Source of the DNA: Buchnera aphidicola str. APS (Acyrthosiphon pisum)
GTDB lineage: Bacteria; Pseudomonadota; Gammaproteobacteria; Enterobacterales; Enterobacteriaceae
DNA: 32,000 bases
Assembly: GCF_000009605.1 (NCBI RefSeq)
Contig: NC_002528.1
Span: forward strand, 210,001-242,000
Direction: 5' to 3'
Below the pieces are notes generated by a model. That model searched no databases, had not been told where the DNA came from, and saw only the letters and a program-made list of their open reading frames with translations. Each line of letters starts with the position of its first letter. The first letter of the stretch is position 1. Of the stretch, positions 19,342 through 29,974 are shown piece after piece. The position numbers and the translations under genes were made by a program.

Positions 19342-20139
19342 CTATCTAGATATATTTCTTCCATAATAGATTTCACGCATTTCCTTTGAGAGTAGTTTCT
19401 TAATATAAGAACGTTCCTCTTTTTCTAGATTTTCTAAATTAATATTAAATAAATAATTTTTTAAATTAAATTCTCTTAATAACATTCGAGTATGAAAAAT
19501 ATTCTCTTGATATACATTAACATCAACCATGTCATACATTGATTTTATATCATCCGACATAAAATTTTGAATAGAATTTATTTTATGATCAATGAAATGT
19601 TTTATTCCATGAATATCTCTAGTAAATCCCCGCACACGATATTCAATTGTTACAATATCTGATTCTAATTGATGTATAAGATAATTCAAAGCATTTAAGG
19701 GTGATATAATTCCACATGTTGAGACTTCTATATCAGCACGAAACGTACAAATGCCGCTTTGAGGATGACTTTCTGGATATGTGTGTACACAAATATGGCT
19801 TTTATCTAAATGAGCAAGCACAGAAGATGATACAATGTTTTTATTTAAAGCATCGATCTTCTCCATACTCATTGGTTCTTCACATACTAAAATAGTCACA
19901 CTCGCACCTTGAGGTTCATAATCTTGATGAAATATGTTTAAAACATTTGCACCAATAATTGAACAGGTTTTTTTTAAAATTTTAGTTAATCGAATAGCAT
20001 TATATTGTTCATCAATATAAGAAATATAACTATTACGCGAATCATTGGTATTAGCATAGCAAATATCATAGATACAAAAACTTAGGCTTTTAGTTAAGTT
20101 ATTAAAGCCATATAATTTTAGTTTTTGCAATTTAATCAC
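19342..20139 (-). CDS. speD: S-adenosylmethionine decarboxylase proenzyme
   Basis: ORF track. [37 protein letters not shown] and [11 protein letters not shown] are nearly identical to E. coli SpeD. Length is 265 aa. Confidence 0.97.
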   Translation of the reverse strand: MIKLQKLKLYGFNNLTKSLSFCIYDICYANTNDSRNSYISYIDEQYNAIRLTKILKKTCSIIGANVLNIFHQDYEPQGASVTILVCEEPMSMEKIDALNKNIVSSSVLAHLDKSHICVHTYPESHPQSGICTFRADIEVSTCGIISPLNALNYLIHQLESDIVTIEYRVRGFTRDIHGIKHFIDHKINSIQNFMSDDIKSMYDMVDVNVYQENIFHTRMLLREFNLKNYLFNINLENLEKEERSYIKKLLSKEMREIYYGRNISR

Positions 20140-20157
20140 TCCCCTATGAAAGGATTT

Positions 20158-21018
20158 TTAACTTTCATTTAATTCATTAAGAATATATTGAGGTAAATAA
20201 AAACTACTTATATGAATTTTAGCATTATAGTAATTAAAATCTAATTTTGTATTTTTTATACGTATTTGTATTTTTTCTAGACTATTTTTACGATATTCTA
20301 TATTATTAGTACCCCACGCGAAAACCATTACCCCCCCATAATAAGTTGGAACATTCGCTTGATAAAATCTTGTATCATAAAAATATTTTTTTAAATTTTT
20401 ATAAGTAAGAATGGTTTCATTTTTTTGAAGAAAAAAAACACCGTTCTGTGCTACAAAAATACCATTTTCTTCAAGATGATTTTTACAATTAAAATAAAAT
20501 TCTGATCGAAATAAATTCTTTCCGCAGCCAATAGGATCAGTGGAATCTGATATGATTAAATCAAACTTTTCTTTTGTTCTTTTTATGAAATTCAAACCAT
20601 CATCAATAATCAAGTTTAAACGAGAATCTTGATAGGCCTGATTACTATGATTTGGAAAATATTTTTTACACAAATCAATGATATTTACGTCTATTTCAAC
20701 CATAGTGATATTTTCAATCATTTTATATCTACATACTTCACGTAGTATGCCTCCGTCACCTCCTCCTATTATTAATACACTTTTTATTGAACCATGAGCG
20801 ATTATAGGAACATGAGTTAGCATTTCATGATATATAAATTCATCGCGTTCAGTTGTTTGAACAATATCATCTATTACCATGATTTTACCAAAAACAGAAT
20901 TCTTAAAAATCATTACTTGATGATGAGGGGTTTTTTTTTTATACAGCATTTTTTCAATTAAAAAGTATTGTCCAAGATGACAATAAAGCTTTTCATGCCA
21001 TGTTTTTTTGTGATCCAT
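20158..21018 (-). CDS. speE: Spermidine synthase
   Basis: ORF track. WHEKL..GQYF, VQTTERDEFIYHEML, GGGDGG and DSTDP are present. Length is 286 aa. It contains an in-frame A10 tract at plus 20931-20940. Confidence 0.96.
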   Translation of the reverse strand: MDHKKTWHEKLYCHLGQYFLIEKMLYKKKTPHHQVMIFKNSVFGKIMVIDDIVQTTERDEFIYHEMLTHVPIIAHGSIKSVLIIGGGDGGILREVCRYKMIENITMVEIDVNIIDLCKKYFPNHSNQAYQDSRLNLIIDDGLNFIKRTKEKFDLIISDSTDPIGCGKNLFRSEFYFNCKNHLEENGIFVAQNGVFFLQKNETILTYKNLKKYFYDTRFYQANVPTYYGGVMVFAWGTNNIEYRKNSLEKIQIRIKNTKLDFNYYNAKIHISSFYLPQYILNELNES

Positions 21019-21293
21019 GGTTATATTTATATATCCTATAAAATGTAACGTTATAGATTATTTTGGGATTAATAAAAAACTACGAGTATTGTGAAATAGT
21101 AGACTTTATTTTCAGATTTTTTAAAAGAAGGATAATGATTCTTGAAAAAATAAATGATTTTTTAAAAAAACTTTATTAATTATATCTAGACGTTTTTTAT
21201 AAAAAAATTTTAAAAAAATAAAAAATTTCCTTAATAAAGGTTATCAAAAATAATATAAGAATGCTATTTTTTATTAATCAGATTCTATGATAT

Positions 21294-21992
21294 TTACATA
21301 TCAATTAAATTCTCTAAAATTATTTTTACAAATTTAGAAAGTTGATATGATACAAAATCAATATTTTCTTTAAAATTAACAGTAGCATTATTATCTGATT
21401 CATCAGAGATAGATTTTATGATAATAAGAGGAATATTAAATTTATAGCAAACTTGTGCTATTGCAGAAGATTCCATTTCAACTGCTATTGCAGAAGGAAA
21501 TTGTTTCTTTAAGATTTTTATACTTTCATTTTCTCTGACAAATGTATCACCACTCAAAATAAGTCCTTTTATATATTTTAATTGATATTTATCCGCATTC
21601 TTTTTAAAAAAATTGCATATTTTCTCATTAACTGTAAATTCTTTCGGATACCCAGGAATTTGTCCTCGAGTATATCCAAAGTTTGTTAGGTCTACATCAT
21701 AATAACATGTTTTTTTAGGTATGATGATATCGCCAATTTTTAAAAATGATTGTAAGCTTCCAGCAGAACCACTATTAATAATAGTATCAGGTTTATATAA
21801 ATCAATTAAAATCATAGTTGCAACACTAGCAGAAACTTTCCCTATTCCTGATTTTATTAGAAAAACATCATGACTTTTAAATTTTCCTATATAAATTTTG
21901 TAAGTGTTAATTTTTTTTTCTATATAAAAATGTATTATTTTTTTTAATCTTTCAGTTTCTTGATTTATAGCACCTATTATTCCAATTTTCAT
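21294..21992 (-). CDS. mtnN: 5'-methylthioadenosine/S-adenosylhomocysteine nucleosidase
   Basis: ORF track. MKIGIIGA, KSGIGKV, GSAG and AVEMES are collinear with E. coli Pfs. Length is 232 aa, the same as in E. coli. Confidence 0.95.
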   Translation of the reverse strand: MKIGIIGAINQETERLKKIIHFYIEKKINTYKIYIGKFKSHDVFLIKSGIGKVSASVATMILIDLYKPDTIINSGSAGSLQSFLKIGDIIIPKKTCYYDVDLTNFGYTRGQIPGYPKEFTVNEKICNFFKKNADKYQLKYIKGLILSGDTFVRENESIKILKKQFPSAIAVEMESSAIAQVCYKFNIPLIIIKSISDESDNNATVNFKENIDFVSYQLSKFVKIILENLIDM

Positions 21993-22055
21993 TTTGATAT
22001 GACTTATAATGAATTTTTAAAATCACATAAGATTTTTTGACATATCTTATATTTT

Positions 22056-22400
22056 TTAAATGCTGAATGATGAGCCGCATCCACATGTATTTTTTGCGTT
22101 TGGATTGTAAACAATAAATTTAGAACCTTCTAGGTTTTCTAAATAATCTATTTGACCACCATATAAGTATTGTAAACTAATGGGGTCAATGATTAAGGAT
22201 ACCTCTGATTGGGTGATTATGATATCGTCTTCATTGATTGAAGTATCAAAAATAAATTGATATTGAAAACCGCTGCATCCACCACCATTTATATAAATTC
22301 TTAATTTTAAATCATGATTTTTTTCTATTTCAATAAGATTTTTTATTTTTTTAATTGCTTTTTCAGTAAATTGAAGATGACTTTTAAAAGCGTTTTCCAT
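22056..22400 (-). CDS. erpA: Iron-sulfur cluster insertion protein ErpA (YadR)
   Basis: ORF track. 114 aa. [11 protein letters not shown] is present, as is the C-terminal [16 protein letters not shown], which is near-identical to E. coli ErpA. Confidence 0.96.
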   Translation of the reverse strand: MENAFKSHLQFTEKAIKKIKNLIEIEKNHDLKLRIYINGGGCSGFQYQFIFDTSINEDDIIITQSEVSLIIDPISLQYLYGGQIDYLENLEGSKFIVYNPNAKNTCGCGSSFSI

Positions 22401-22519
22401 ATTTATTTTGTTCTCGCAATGTTTTATATGTTTTTCGAATACAAACCTTCTATTTTAATTTTATCATAAATAAATATTTTTTAAATATTTTATATGTGTG
22501 TTTTGTATTTATTAGTATT

Positions 22520-22558
22520 CCTTGCGCCGACAAGTTATTTAGTCTTTATTGGCGCAGG
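22520..22558. other. Isolated GC-rich stem-loop in the ftsZ-erpA spacer, function unknown
   Basis: CTTGCGCC (22521-22528) pairs with GGCGCAGG (22551-22558), 8 bp including one U-G pair or a bulge alternative. An inner GAC/GTC 3-bp helix lies at 22529-22531 and 22542-22544. No U tract follows on either strand. It is the only GC-dense patch in a 233-bp AT-rich spacer. Confidence 0.4.
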
Positions 22559-22633
22559 TTATCAAAGATAATGATATTATCAATCAGTACTTGATTCAAT
22601 ATTTTTTAAAAAATATATTGATAATTTTAAAAA

Positions 22634-23788
22634 TTAATCTGCTCTTTTGCGAAGAAAAGAGGGGATGTCTAAATATTCTGGTTCTTTGTTAATTTTTTCT
22701 TTGGTATTTTTTATTTCTTTTTTTATTATTTTTTTATCTGTCTTTTTTGGAGATATATTTAAATATTGATAACGATAATCCATTAACACTTCTCTAGAAG
22801 ATTTGTTTTTTATTTGATTAACATCTAAATTTTTTTCCATCCCGATACCAGTAGCAACAACTGTTACACGAAGTGTATCATTCATATCAGGATCTAAAGA
22901 AGTACCTATAACCACTGTTGCGTGATCTGAAGAAAAAGATCTAATAGTATTACCGACAGTTTCAAATTCATCTAATTTTAAATCAAAACCAGCAGTAATA
23001 TTAACCAAAACACCACGTGCGCCAGATAAATCTATATCTTCTAGTAAAGGACTAGATATAGCTATTTCTGAAGCTTCTTCTGCACGATTTTCTCCAGAAG
23101 ATATCCCTGTTCCCATCATCGCATATCCCATCTCTAACATTACAGTACGCACATCAGCAAAATCTACATTCATTAAACCAGGTCTTGTAATTAATTCAGC
23201 AATTCCTTGTACGGCGCCTTTTAATACATTATTAGCTGCGCTGAAAGCGTCAAGTAAGGAAATACCTCGGCTGAGTACTTTTAACAGTTTATCATTAGGA
23301 ATTATAATTAGGGAATCTACATATTTTGACAATTCAATTATACCTTGTTCTGCTACAATCATTCTTTTTTTACCTTCAAAATTAAAAGGTTTTGTCACTA
23401 CAGCCACTGTCAAAATTCCTAATTCTTTTGCAATTTCTGCAACTACAGGAGCAGCTCCAGTTCCAGTTCCTCCTCCCATTCCAGCTGCTATAAAAACCAT
23501 ATCAGAACCGTCTAATGCAGATTTTAACAGTTCTTTATCTTCTTCTGCTGAAGTGCGTCCAATTTCTGGATTAGCTCCAGCTCCTAATCCTTTAGTTATA
23601 TTGTTTCCTATTTGTATCGTTTGTCCGACTTCTATTTTTCTTAATGCTTGTGCATCAGTATTAATTGCAAAGAATTCAACACCTTCAATACGCTCTCGAA
23701 CCATGTGTTCTACTGCATTACTACCTCCACCCCCGACACCGATTACTTTAATTATTGCGTTATTACTTAATTCTGAAGGTTCAAACAT
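22634..23788 (-). CDS. ftsZ: Cell division GTPase FtsZ
   Basis: ORF track. [26 protein letters not shown], the [11 protein letters not shown] tubulin signature and the C-terminal [13 protein letters not shown] are present. Length is 384 aa. Confidence 0.98.
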   Translation of the reverse strand: MFEPSELSNNAIIKVIGVGGGGSNAVEHMVRERIEGVEFFAINTDAQALRKIEVGQTIQIGNNITKGLGAGANPEIGRTSAEEDKELLKSALDGSDMVFIAAGMGGGTGTGAAPVVAEIAKELGILTVAVVTKPFNFEGKKRMIVAEQGIIELSKYVDSLIIIPNDKLLKVLSRGISLLDAFSAANNVLKGAVQGIAELITRPGLMNVDFADVRTVMLEMGYAMMGTGISSGENRAEEASEIAISSPLLEDIDLSGARGVLVNITAGFDLKLDEFETVGNTIRSFSSDHATVVIGTSLDPDMNDTLRVTVVATGIGMEKNLDVNQIKNKSSREVLMDYRYQYLNISPKKTDKKIIKKEIKNTKEKINKEPEYLDIPSFLRKRAD

Positions 23789-23845
23789 GATTTATTTCCA
23801 TTATATATCTATATTTTTTTATAAAGTTTTAAGTATAATATGTTT

Positions 23846-25102
23846 TTAAAATTCTTTTTTAAACCAATTATTAATTCGTTTAAAAATTATTTCAAAAAAA
23901 GAATGTTCTTTTTTTTTCTTATCAATATTGATATAAGATTCTTTTCCATAATGTAATAAACCAATTACAGTTGAGTAACATGGTTCAGTGATTTTTTCTA
24001 TTAATCCAGAAATATTAAATGGTTTAGCAACACGTACTTTTTTTTGAAAAACTTTTTCTGCACAGTCAGTCAAGCATGAAATATTAGATCCACCTCCAGT
24101 AAGTACTATGCCACTTAATAATTCATATTTTTCTCCTTTTTTATGAAGTTTTTTTTGTAGATGAACAATTTGATCTTGTACTAAAGATAATAATTCAACA
24201 TATCTTGATTCAATTACGTCTATTAATGCATCCTGTTGTAAATTTTGTTGAAAATTACAGTTAATATCAGAAAAATCAATATTTTTTGATGATCCTAAAG
24301 GTGGCTTTTTGACTGATCCATATTTGATTTTTATATTTTCAGCATTATCGCGAGAAGTACTAAAAGCATATGAGATATCACTAGTTACAATATTTCCAGC
24401 ATATGGAATAACTTGACTGTATTTTATAGAACCATCAATATAAATAGTAAAATCTATTGTACCTCCACCTATATCAATCATGCATACACCAAGATTACAC
24501 TCATCTTCAGTTAAAACAGCTTTGCTAGAAGCAAGACCTGAAAAAATTACTTGATCAACTTTTACATCACATTTTTCTACGGCTTTAATAATATTTCTAG
24601 CCATATTTTGATGGCACGTAATCAAATGAACTTTTACTTGCATACGTACTCCGGATAAACCTATAGGGTTTTTTATTCCATATTGTTGATCAATTGAGTA
24701 TTCTTGAGGTATAACATGCAATATATGATGTTCATTTAGAATTTGAACTGATTGTGCTATATGTATTACATGTTCTATATCTTCTTTTGTCACTTCATCA
24801 TCAGAAATTGGTATTATTCCAATTTCATTTTGACAATTAATATATTTGTTAGATAGAGATAGATATACGGAAGTAATTTGACAATCTGCCATAATTTCAG
24901 CTTTATTAATAGATTCTTGTATACATGAAACTATTAAATCTAAATTATTAATCTTTCCCTTGTCTATGCCTTTAGATAAACAAGTACCAAATCCAATTAT
25001 TTTAATATTATCATCTATTAATACTTCTCCTACCAAAGTCACGACTTTAGTAGTACCAATTTCTAATCCGACTACTAATTTTCTGTCTTTTGATATAATC
25101 AT
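23846..25102 (-). CDS. ftsA: Cell division protein FtsA
   Basis: ORF track. DRKLVVGLEIGTTKV matches E. coli DRKLVVGLEIGTAKV. DIGGGT and LTGGG are present. Length is 418 aa. Confidence 0.96.
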   Translation of the reverse strand: MIISKDRKLVVGLEIGTTKVVTLVGEVLIDDNIKIIGFGTCLSKGIDKGKINNLDLIVSCIQESINKAEIMADCQITSVYLSLSNKYINCQNEIGIIPISDDEVTKEDIEHVIHIAQSVQILNEHHILHVIPQEYSIDQQYGIKNPIGLSGVRMQVKVHLITCHQNMARNIIKAVEKCDVKVDQVIFSGLASSKAVLTEDECNLGVCMIDIGGGTIDFTIYIDGSIKYSQVIPYAGNIVTSDISYAFSTSRDNAENIKIKYGSVKKPPLGSSKNIDFSDINCNFQQNLQQDALIDVIESRYVELLSLVQDQIVHLQKKLHKKGEKYELLSGIVLTGGGSNISCLTDCAEKVFQKKVRVAKPFNISGLIEKITEPCYSTVIGLLHYGKESYINIDKKKKEHSFFEIIFKRINNWFKKEF

Positions 25103-25297
25103 TATTTTTAGCCCATACTTTATTTCTTTAAATATTTCTTTTTTTGATAAACTAATTTTTTATATTTATGCTATTTTTAAATTTAAAGACAGAAATTTTT
25201 TTTCTTATTGTGTATATATAAAAAAATATAACATATAAGATAAATATCTTATTAAAAAATATAAACTATTCGAAGTGACTATATATTAAAATACACT

Positions 25298-26220
25298 CTA
25301 ATTATTCGTATTCAAAATTAATAAAACTAGTTCATCAAATGATAGTCCTGTTTCTTTTGCAGACATTGGCACTAAACTTCTATTTGTCATACCAGGTATT
25401 GTATTTACTTCTAACAACCAAAATTTATTTTCATTATCTAATATAGCGTCAATTCTTCCACATCCACTACATCCTAGTGTACTCCATGCTAGAATTGCTA
25501 TTTTTTGTAATTCTTTTTCTTGGATTGCATTTAATCCACTTGGACATGAGTATTTAGTAGAAGAGGATGTATATTTAGCATCATAATCATAAAAATTATT
25601 CTTGGTTGTAATATGAATAGCAGGTAGTGCTTTTTGACCTAAAATCGATACTGTGTATTCTTTTCCTACTATAAACTTTTCAATAAGAATATGATTGTCA
25701 TAATTAAATGCTGTTTTTATAGCATCATTAAGTTGTGTGAGATGGGATACTATAGTTATACCTATACTTGACCCTTGATTGTTTGGTTTAATTAGAACAG
25801 GCAGACCTAATTTCAATATTTTTTTTATTATAAGATCATTATCTAAAGATATAATATTTTTTTTTTTGAAAGGTAAATATCAGGCGGAGTTGCAAGACCA
25901 CGAGATTTCCATAATAATTTAGTTCTAAATTTATCTATAGATATTGCAGAAGCCATAATTCCACTGCCAGTATAAGGAATGTTTAAATATTGTAGAACTC
26001 CTTGAATACTTCCATCTTCACCACCTTTCCCATGTAAAGAAATATATGCTTTATCAAAACCTTCTTGTTTTAATTTCATAATAGAATAATCACGTGTGTC
26101 AATAGGATATGCATTTAATCTAGATTTTAGTAAACTATTAAGTACGGCATATCCTGATTTGATTGAAATTTTTCTTTCAGAAGATACACCACCTAATAAA
26201 ACTGCTATTTTTTTGTTCAT
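25298..26220 (-). pseudogene. ddlB: D-alanine--D-alanine ligase B, split into two frames at an A11 tract
   Basis: The N-terminal 125 codons run 26220 to 25843 ([37 protein letters not shown]). The C-terminal part is in the other frame, open from 25879 to the stop at 25298 (..LGLPVLIKPNNQGSSIGI..FYDYDAKY..GCGRID..LLEVNTIPGMT). Together they are collinear with the 306-aa E. coli DdlB. The frames overlap only around T11 at plus 25857-25867. Confidence 0.88.
25857..25867 (-). repeat. A11 homopolymer (T11 on the plus strand), the frameshift site in ddlB
   Basis: Counted directly: ataata-ttttttttttt-gaaagg. Twelve or nine A would join SKKK to NIISLDNDLIIKKILKLGLPV in frame. Confidence 0.9.
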
Positions 26221-27671
26221 TTTATCACTTTTTTAGTTTTTTTAATTAATATTTTATGTGCTATAGTATCTATATTTCCAGCACCTTGTATTAAAATAAT
26301 ATCATTTCCCTGTAATGTCTGTATTAGAGTATCTAATATCATATTATGATTAGAAATTAAAGTTACATAATTTTTTCCTAGTTTTTTTATATCATTAAAT
26401 AGTGAAAGACTATCAGCTCCAACAATAAATTTTTCATTTGCAGAGTAGACATGCAGTATTAGAAGAACATCTACTTGAGATAAAGTTTGAACAAAGTCAT
26501 GATATAAGTTATATGTCCTAGTGTATCGGTGAGGTTGAAATATCATTATTAAGTTCTTATTGGGCCAACTAATTCGTATTGTTTTAATGGTTTCAGATAA
26601 TTCTGTAGGATGATGCCCGTAATCATCTATCAACATACAATTAGCACGTTTATCAAAACCTTGATCAATTGAAAGAAATCCAAGGAATTCAAATCTTCTA
26701 CAAGTACCTTGAAAGTTTTTTAATGATGCAATCATAAGATCATTATTAATACCTTCATGTATTGCTAGAGCAATAGCTGCTGCTGCATTCAATGCATTAT
26801 GTTTACCAGGGATGTTTAATATAATATTTAATTTTTTATTATTTTTTAAAATTATATAAAAATGTCCAATAAAATTGTTTTGTTTATATAAAAAAATTCG
26901 CACATCAGCATTTTTATTAAATCCATATGTTATTATTTTACATTTTAAATTAGTTAAAATATCGCAAATAGCATTGTTGTCTATACATACTATAGCTGTT
27001 CCGTATAATGTAATTTTTTTTAAAAAAATTAAAAAGGTTTGTTTTAATTTTTTAAAACTATTATCATAATGATCTATATGATCAGGTTCAATATTAGTTA
27101 CAATTATTATATTAGGATTTAAATATAAAAAAGAAGCATCACTTTCATCTGCTTCTGTAATAAAATAACTAGAAGATCCTAATTTTGCATATGAATTAAT
27201 TGATTTTATTAAACCACCGTTAATTACAGTTGGATCTAGACCACTATCAATAAAAATATCTGCAATCATCGATGTCGTTGTAGTTTTTCCATGTGTACCA
27301 GAAACAGCTATTCCTTTTTTAAAGGACATAAGTATTTCGATCATTTCTGCTCTTAGTAATATAGGAATATTACGTTTTTTAGCAGCAAGAATTTCTTTAT
27401 TGTTTGAAGAGATAGCGCTAGATTTAATAATAAAATCAACATTTTTAATATTTTTTTCGGAATGTTGCAAATATATAGTCGCCCCTAGATTAATTAATTT
27501 CTTTATCATTAAACTTTCTAATAAATCAGAGCCACTAACTTTATATCCTAATTTTAATAAAATCAAAGCAATTCCCATCATACCTGCACCGCCGATGCCG
27601 ATAAGATGAATATTTTTATTTTTTTTTTCAGAAATAAAAAAATTAATTTTTTTTATATCTTTTATATTCAT
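26217..27671 (-). CDS. murC: UDP-N-acetylmuramate--L-alanine ligase
   Basis: ORF track. [44 protein letters not shown] and DDYGHHPTE are present. Length is 484 aa. Its stop overlaps the ddlB start (ATGA). It contains an in-frame A10 tract at plus 27619-27628. Confidence 0.96.
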   Translation of the reverse strand: MNIKDIKKINFFISEKKNKNIHLIGIGGAGMMGIALILLKLGYKVSGSDLLESLMIKKLINLGATIYLQHSEKNIKNVDFIIKSSAISSNNKEILAAKKRNIPILLRAEMIEILMSFKKGIAVSGTHGKTTTTSMIADIFIDSGLDPTVINGGLIKSINSYAKLGSSSYFITEADESDASFLYLNPNIIIVTNIEPDHIDHYDNSFKKLKQTFLIFLKKITLYGTAIVCIDNNAICDILTNLKCKIITYGFNKNADVRIFLYKQNNFIGHFYIILKNNKKLNIILNIPGKHNALNAAAAIALAIHEGINNDLMIASLKNFQGTCRRFEFLGFLSIDQGFDKRANCMLIDDYGHHPTELSETIKTIRISWPNKNLIMIFQPHRYTRTYNLYHDFVQTLSQVDVLLILHVYSANEKFIVGADSLSLFNDIKKLGKNYVTLISNHNMILDTLIQTLQGNDIILIQGAGNIDTIAHKILIKKTKKVIK

Positions 27672-27713
27672 ACTTTCATCTTTTTAATTTTTATTGATTT
27701 AAATGTACAATAT

Positions 27714-28778
27714 TTAAGTTTTTTTAGAGATTTTGTTGATAACATTAAAAATATTAAATATTGCATCTCGAACACCAAGAGAATGAGCTTTTTTTGCCAT
27801 AATAAAAAGCTTATCTCTATCTAATGAATTAAGTATATTAACTATTAATTTCGTATTAAGATTTGACTGATCAATAATTTTTGCAGCACCAATTAATTCT
27901 AAATCTTCTGCATTTCTATGCTGTTGTTTGTCTTTATGTGGATAAGGTATAAAGATAGCGCCTAATCCTACTATAGATATTTCACTTACAGTTAAGGCTC
28001 CAGAACGGCAAATAATTAAATCAGCCCATTCATATGCAGAAGCTATATTTTTTATAAAAGAGGTTATTAAATTTTGATTTAATCTAAGTTTATTATATTT
28101 TTTTTTAGTTTTTTCTAATTCATAATTTCCTGTTTGATGCCAAAAAATAATTTTTTCTTTCAATAAAAATGATACTTCTGGTAAAATACGATTTAAAATA
28201 GAAGAACCTTGACTTCCACCAATAACGAGTACTCGTAAAAGACCTGTTCTATTTTTAAAACGATTAATGGGATTAGGAACTTTTATAATACTTTGGCATA
28301 CTGGATTTCCAACCACTTCCGCATTTCTTAAAACTCCAGGAGACGCTTGCATATTTTTTGTAGATATTCTAGACAGCCATTTATTTGTAATACCTGCAAT
28401 TTTATTTTGTTCATGTAAAAGTAACGGAATATTACAGTTCCAAGAAGCTACCCCTCCTGGACCAGATACGTACCCTCCCATTCCAAGAACAATGTCTGGA
28501 GACCAAGTTTTTATTATTTTTTTTACAGCATAATAAGCTCGCAGTATATATATTGGAGAAATAATTAAATTTTTGAGACTAGTATTGCGCAATCCTTTGA
28601 TCGAAATATAATGAATTTTAATACCATATTTAGGTATAATTCTAGATTCTATGCTATTTTTTGTACCTATCCAATTAACAAGCCATCCTTTTTCAATTAA
28701 ATAACGTGCTATAGTAAGCCCCGGAAAAACATGACCACCACTTCCACCTGCCATAATTATTATTTTTTTAGGAATCAT
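27714..28778 (-). CDS. murG: UDP-GlcNAc:undecaprenyl-PP-MurNAc-pentapeptide GlcNAc transferase
   Basis: ORF track. [30 protein letters not shown] and [10 protein letters not shown] are present. Length is 354 aa. Its start overlaps the ftsW stop (ATGA at 28775-28778). Confidence 0.96.
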   Translation of the reverse strand: MIPKKIIIMAGGSGGHVFPGLTIARYLIEKGWLVNWIGTKNSIESRIIPKYGIKIHYISIKGLRNTSLKNLIISPIYILRAYYAVKKIIKTWSPDIVLGMGGYVSGPGGVASWNCNIPLLLHEQNKIAGITNKWLSRISTKNMQASPGVLRNAEVVGNPVCQSIIKVPNPINRFKNRTGLLRVLVIGGSQGSSILNRILPEVSFLLKEKIIFWHQTGNYELEKTKKKYNKLRLNQNLITSFIKNIASAYEWADLIICRSGALTVSEISIVGLGAIFIPYPHKDKQQHRNAEDLELIGAAKIIDQSNLNTKLIVNILNSLDRDKLFIMAKKAHSLGVRDAIFNIFNVINKISKKT

Positions 28779-29974
28779 TTGGGACCTCTAGGAAATGCTT
28801 GCGATGTTTTTAATCTTGTTTCAAAATCAATTCTTAAAAGAAAAAAAATAGCTATTGAATTAATAATTAAACTTGAACCTCCATAGCTGATAAATGGCAA
28901 AGTTAGTCCTTTAGTCGGTAAAATACCGGTAACAGAACCAACATTAATTGATGTTTGAAAACTAAGCCAAATACCAATAGAACATGCTAAAAATCCTGAA
29001 AAAATTTGTTTTTTTTCTAGCGCTTTTTGTCCAATATACATTGCTCGGAAAGAAATAGTAAAAATTATTAATAATATTAAAAAAGAGCCGATATAACCTA
29101 ATTCTTCACCTATAATAGAAAATATAAAATCACTATGTGCGTCAGGTAAATAATCTAGCTTTTGTATTGAATTTCCCAAACCTTGACCTAAAAAATTTCC
29201 ACGTCCTAATGCTATTAATGATTGTGTTAGTTGATATCCATTACCAAACGGATCTTCCCAAGGATTCCAAAAAGATAAAACTCTTTTAATTCGATAAGGT
29301 TCTAATAATATTAATAAAATTATAGTTAATATACTAACAGTAATAATTATAAAAAATTGTCCTATTTTAGCTCCAGAAAGAAATAAAACTGATATAGTAG
29401 TAAAAAAAAGAACGACAACAGTACCTAAATCAGGCTCTGCTAATAGAAGCATTGACTGTGTTATAATAACACTCATGGGTTTAAAAAAACCCCAGAAATT
29501 ATTGCGTACTTCATTAGATTTTCGTGATAAATAACTAGCAAGATAACAAAAAGAAGAAATTTTACATATTTCAGAAGGTTGGATATGTAAAAACCCTATA
29601 TTGATCCATCGAAAAGATCCATGTATTGAATGACCGATAAGTAATACTAATACTAGCAATACAATTGAAATAATTAGTATAATATTGCTATTTTTTTCCC
29701 AAAAAATGATCGGTGTTCGTAAAAAAATAAAAGATAATAAAAATATTAAAAAAAAATAAAAAATTTCTCTTTTTATAAAAAATAATGGATTATGATATAT
29801 CTTTTGACTTATAGGAATTGATGTAGAGATCACCATAATTAATCCGACAGAAAATAAACCTAGAGTCAACCATACTAATGCACGATCATATAGTATAAAA
29901 TAAGAATTTCGTGTGTTATATTTTTCTTCAATCTTTTTTGGATTTTTTGAATTTTTTTTTTGTAAGTGTTTCAA
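28775..29974 (-). CDS. ftsW: Peptidoglycan glycosyltransferase / lipid II flippase FtsW (SEDS family)
   Basis: ORF track. [67 protein letters not shown] and [10 protein letters not shown] are present. The start is TTG at 29974-29972 and overlaps the murD TGA. An A10 tract sits in codons 5-8. Confidence 0.94.
   Translation of the reverse strand: MKHLQKKNSKNPKKIEEKYNTRNSYFILYDRALVWLTLGLFSVGLIMVISTSIPISQKIYHNPLFFIKREIFYFFLIFLLSFIFLRTPIIFWEKNSNIILIISIVLLVLVLLIGHSIHGSFRWINIGFLHIQPSEICKISSFCYLASYLSRKSNEVRNNFWGFFKPMSVIITQSMLLLAEPDLGTVVVLFFTTISVLFLSGAKIGQFFIIITVSILTIILLILLEPYRIKRVLSFWNPWEDPFGNGYQLTQSLIALGRGNFLGQGLGNSIQKLDYLPDAHSDFIFSIIGEELGYIGSFLILLIIFTISFRAMYIGQKALEKKQIFSGFLACSIGIWLSFQTSINVGSVTGILPTKGLTLPFISYGGSSLIINSIAIFFLLRIDFETRLKTSQAFPRGPK

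Noticed and set aside
22596-22626. An AT-only imperfect palindrome TCAATATTTTTT/AAAAAATATATTGA near the ftsZ stop, and similar short A/T palindromes in other spacers (for example 8543-8566 and 21225-21240).
   Set aside because: They are imperfect, contain no G-C pairs and are expected by chance in DNA this AT-rich. I reported only the inverted repeats of 17 bp or more, or those containing G-C pairs.
23553-23849. 98-aa ORF antisense to ftsZ ([15 protein letters not shown]...), and a 92-aa ORF at 24960-25238 antisense to the ftsA 5' end.
   Set aside because: The ftsZ core is locally more GC-rich, with Gly/Ala codons, which removes stop codons from the antisense frame. The Pro/Ala-rich product mirrors the [10 protein letters not shown] region. 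There is no independent support.
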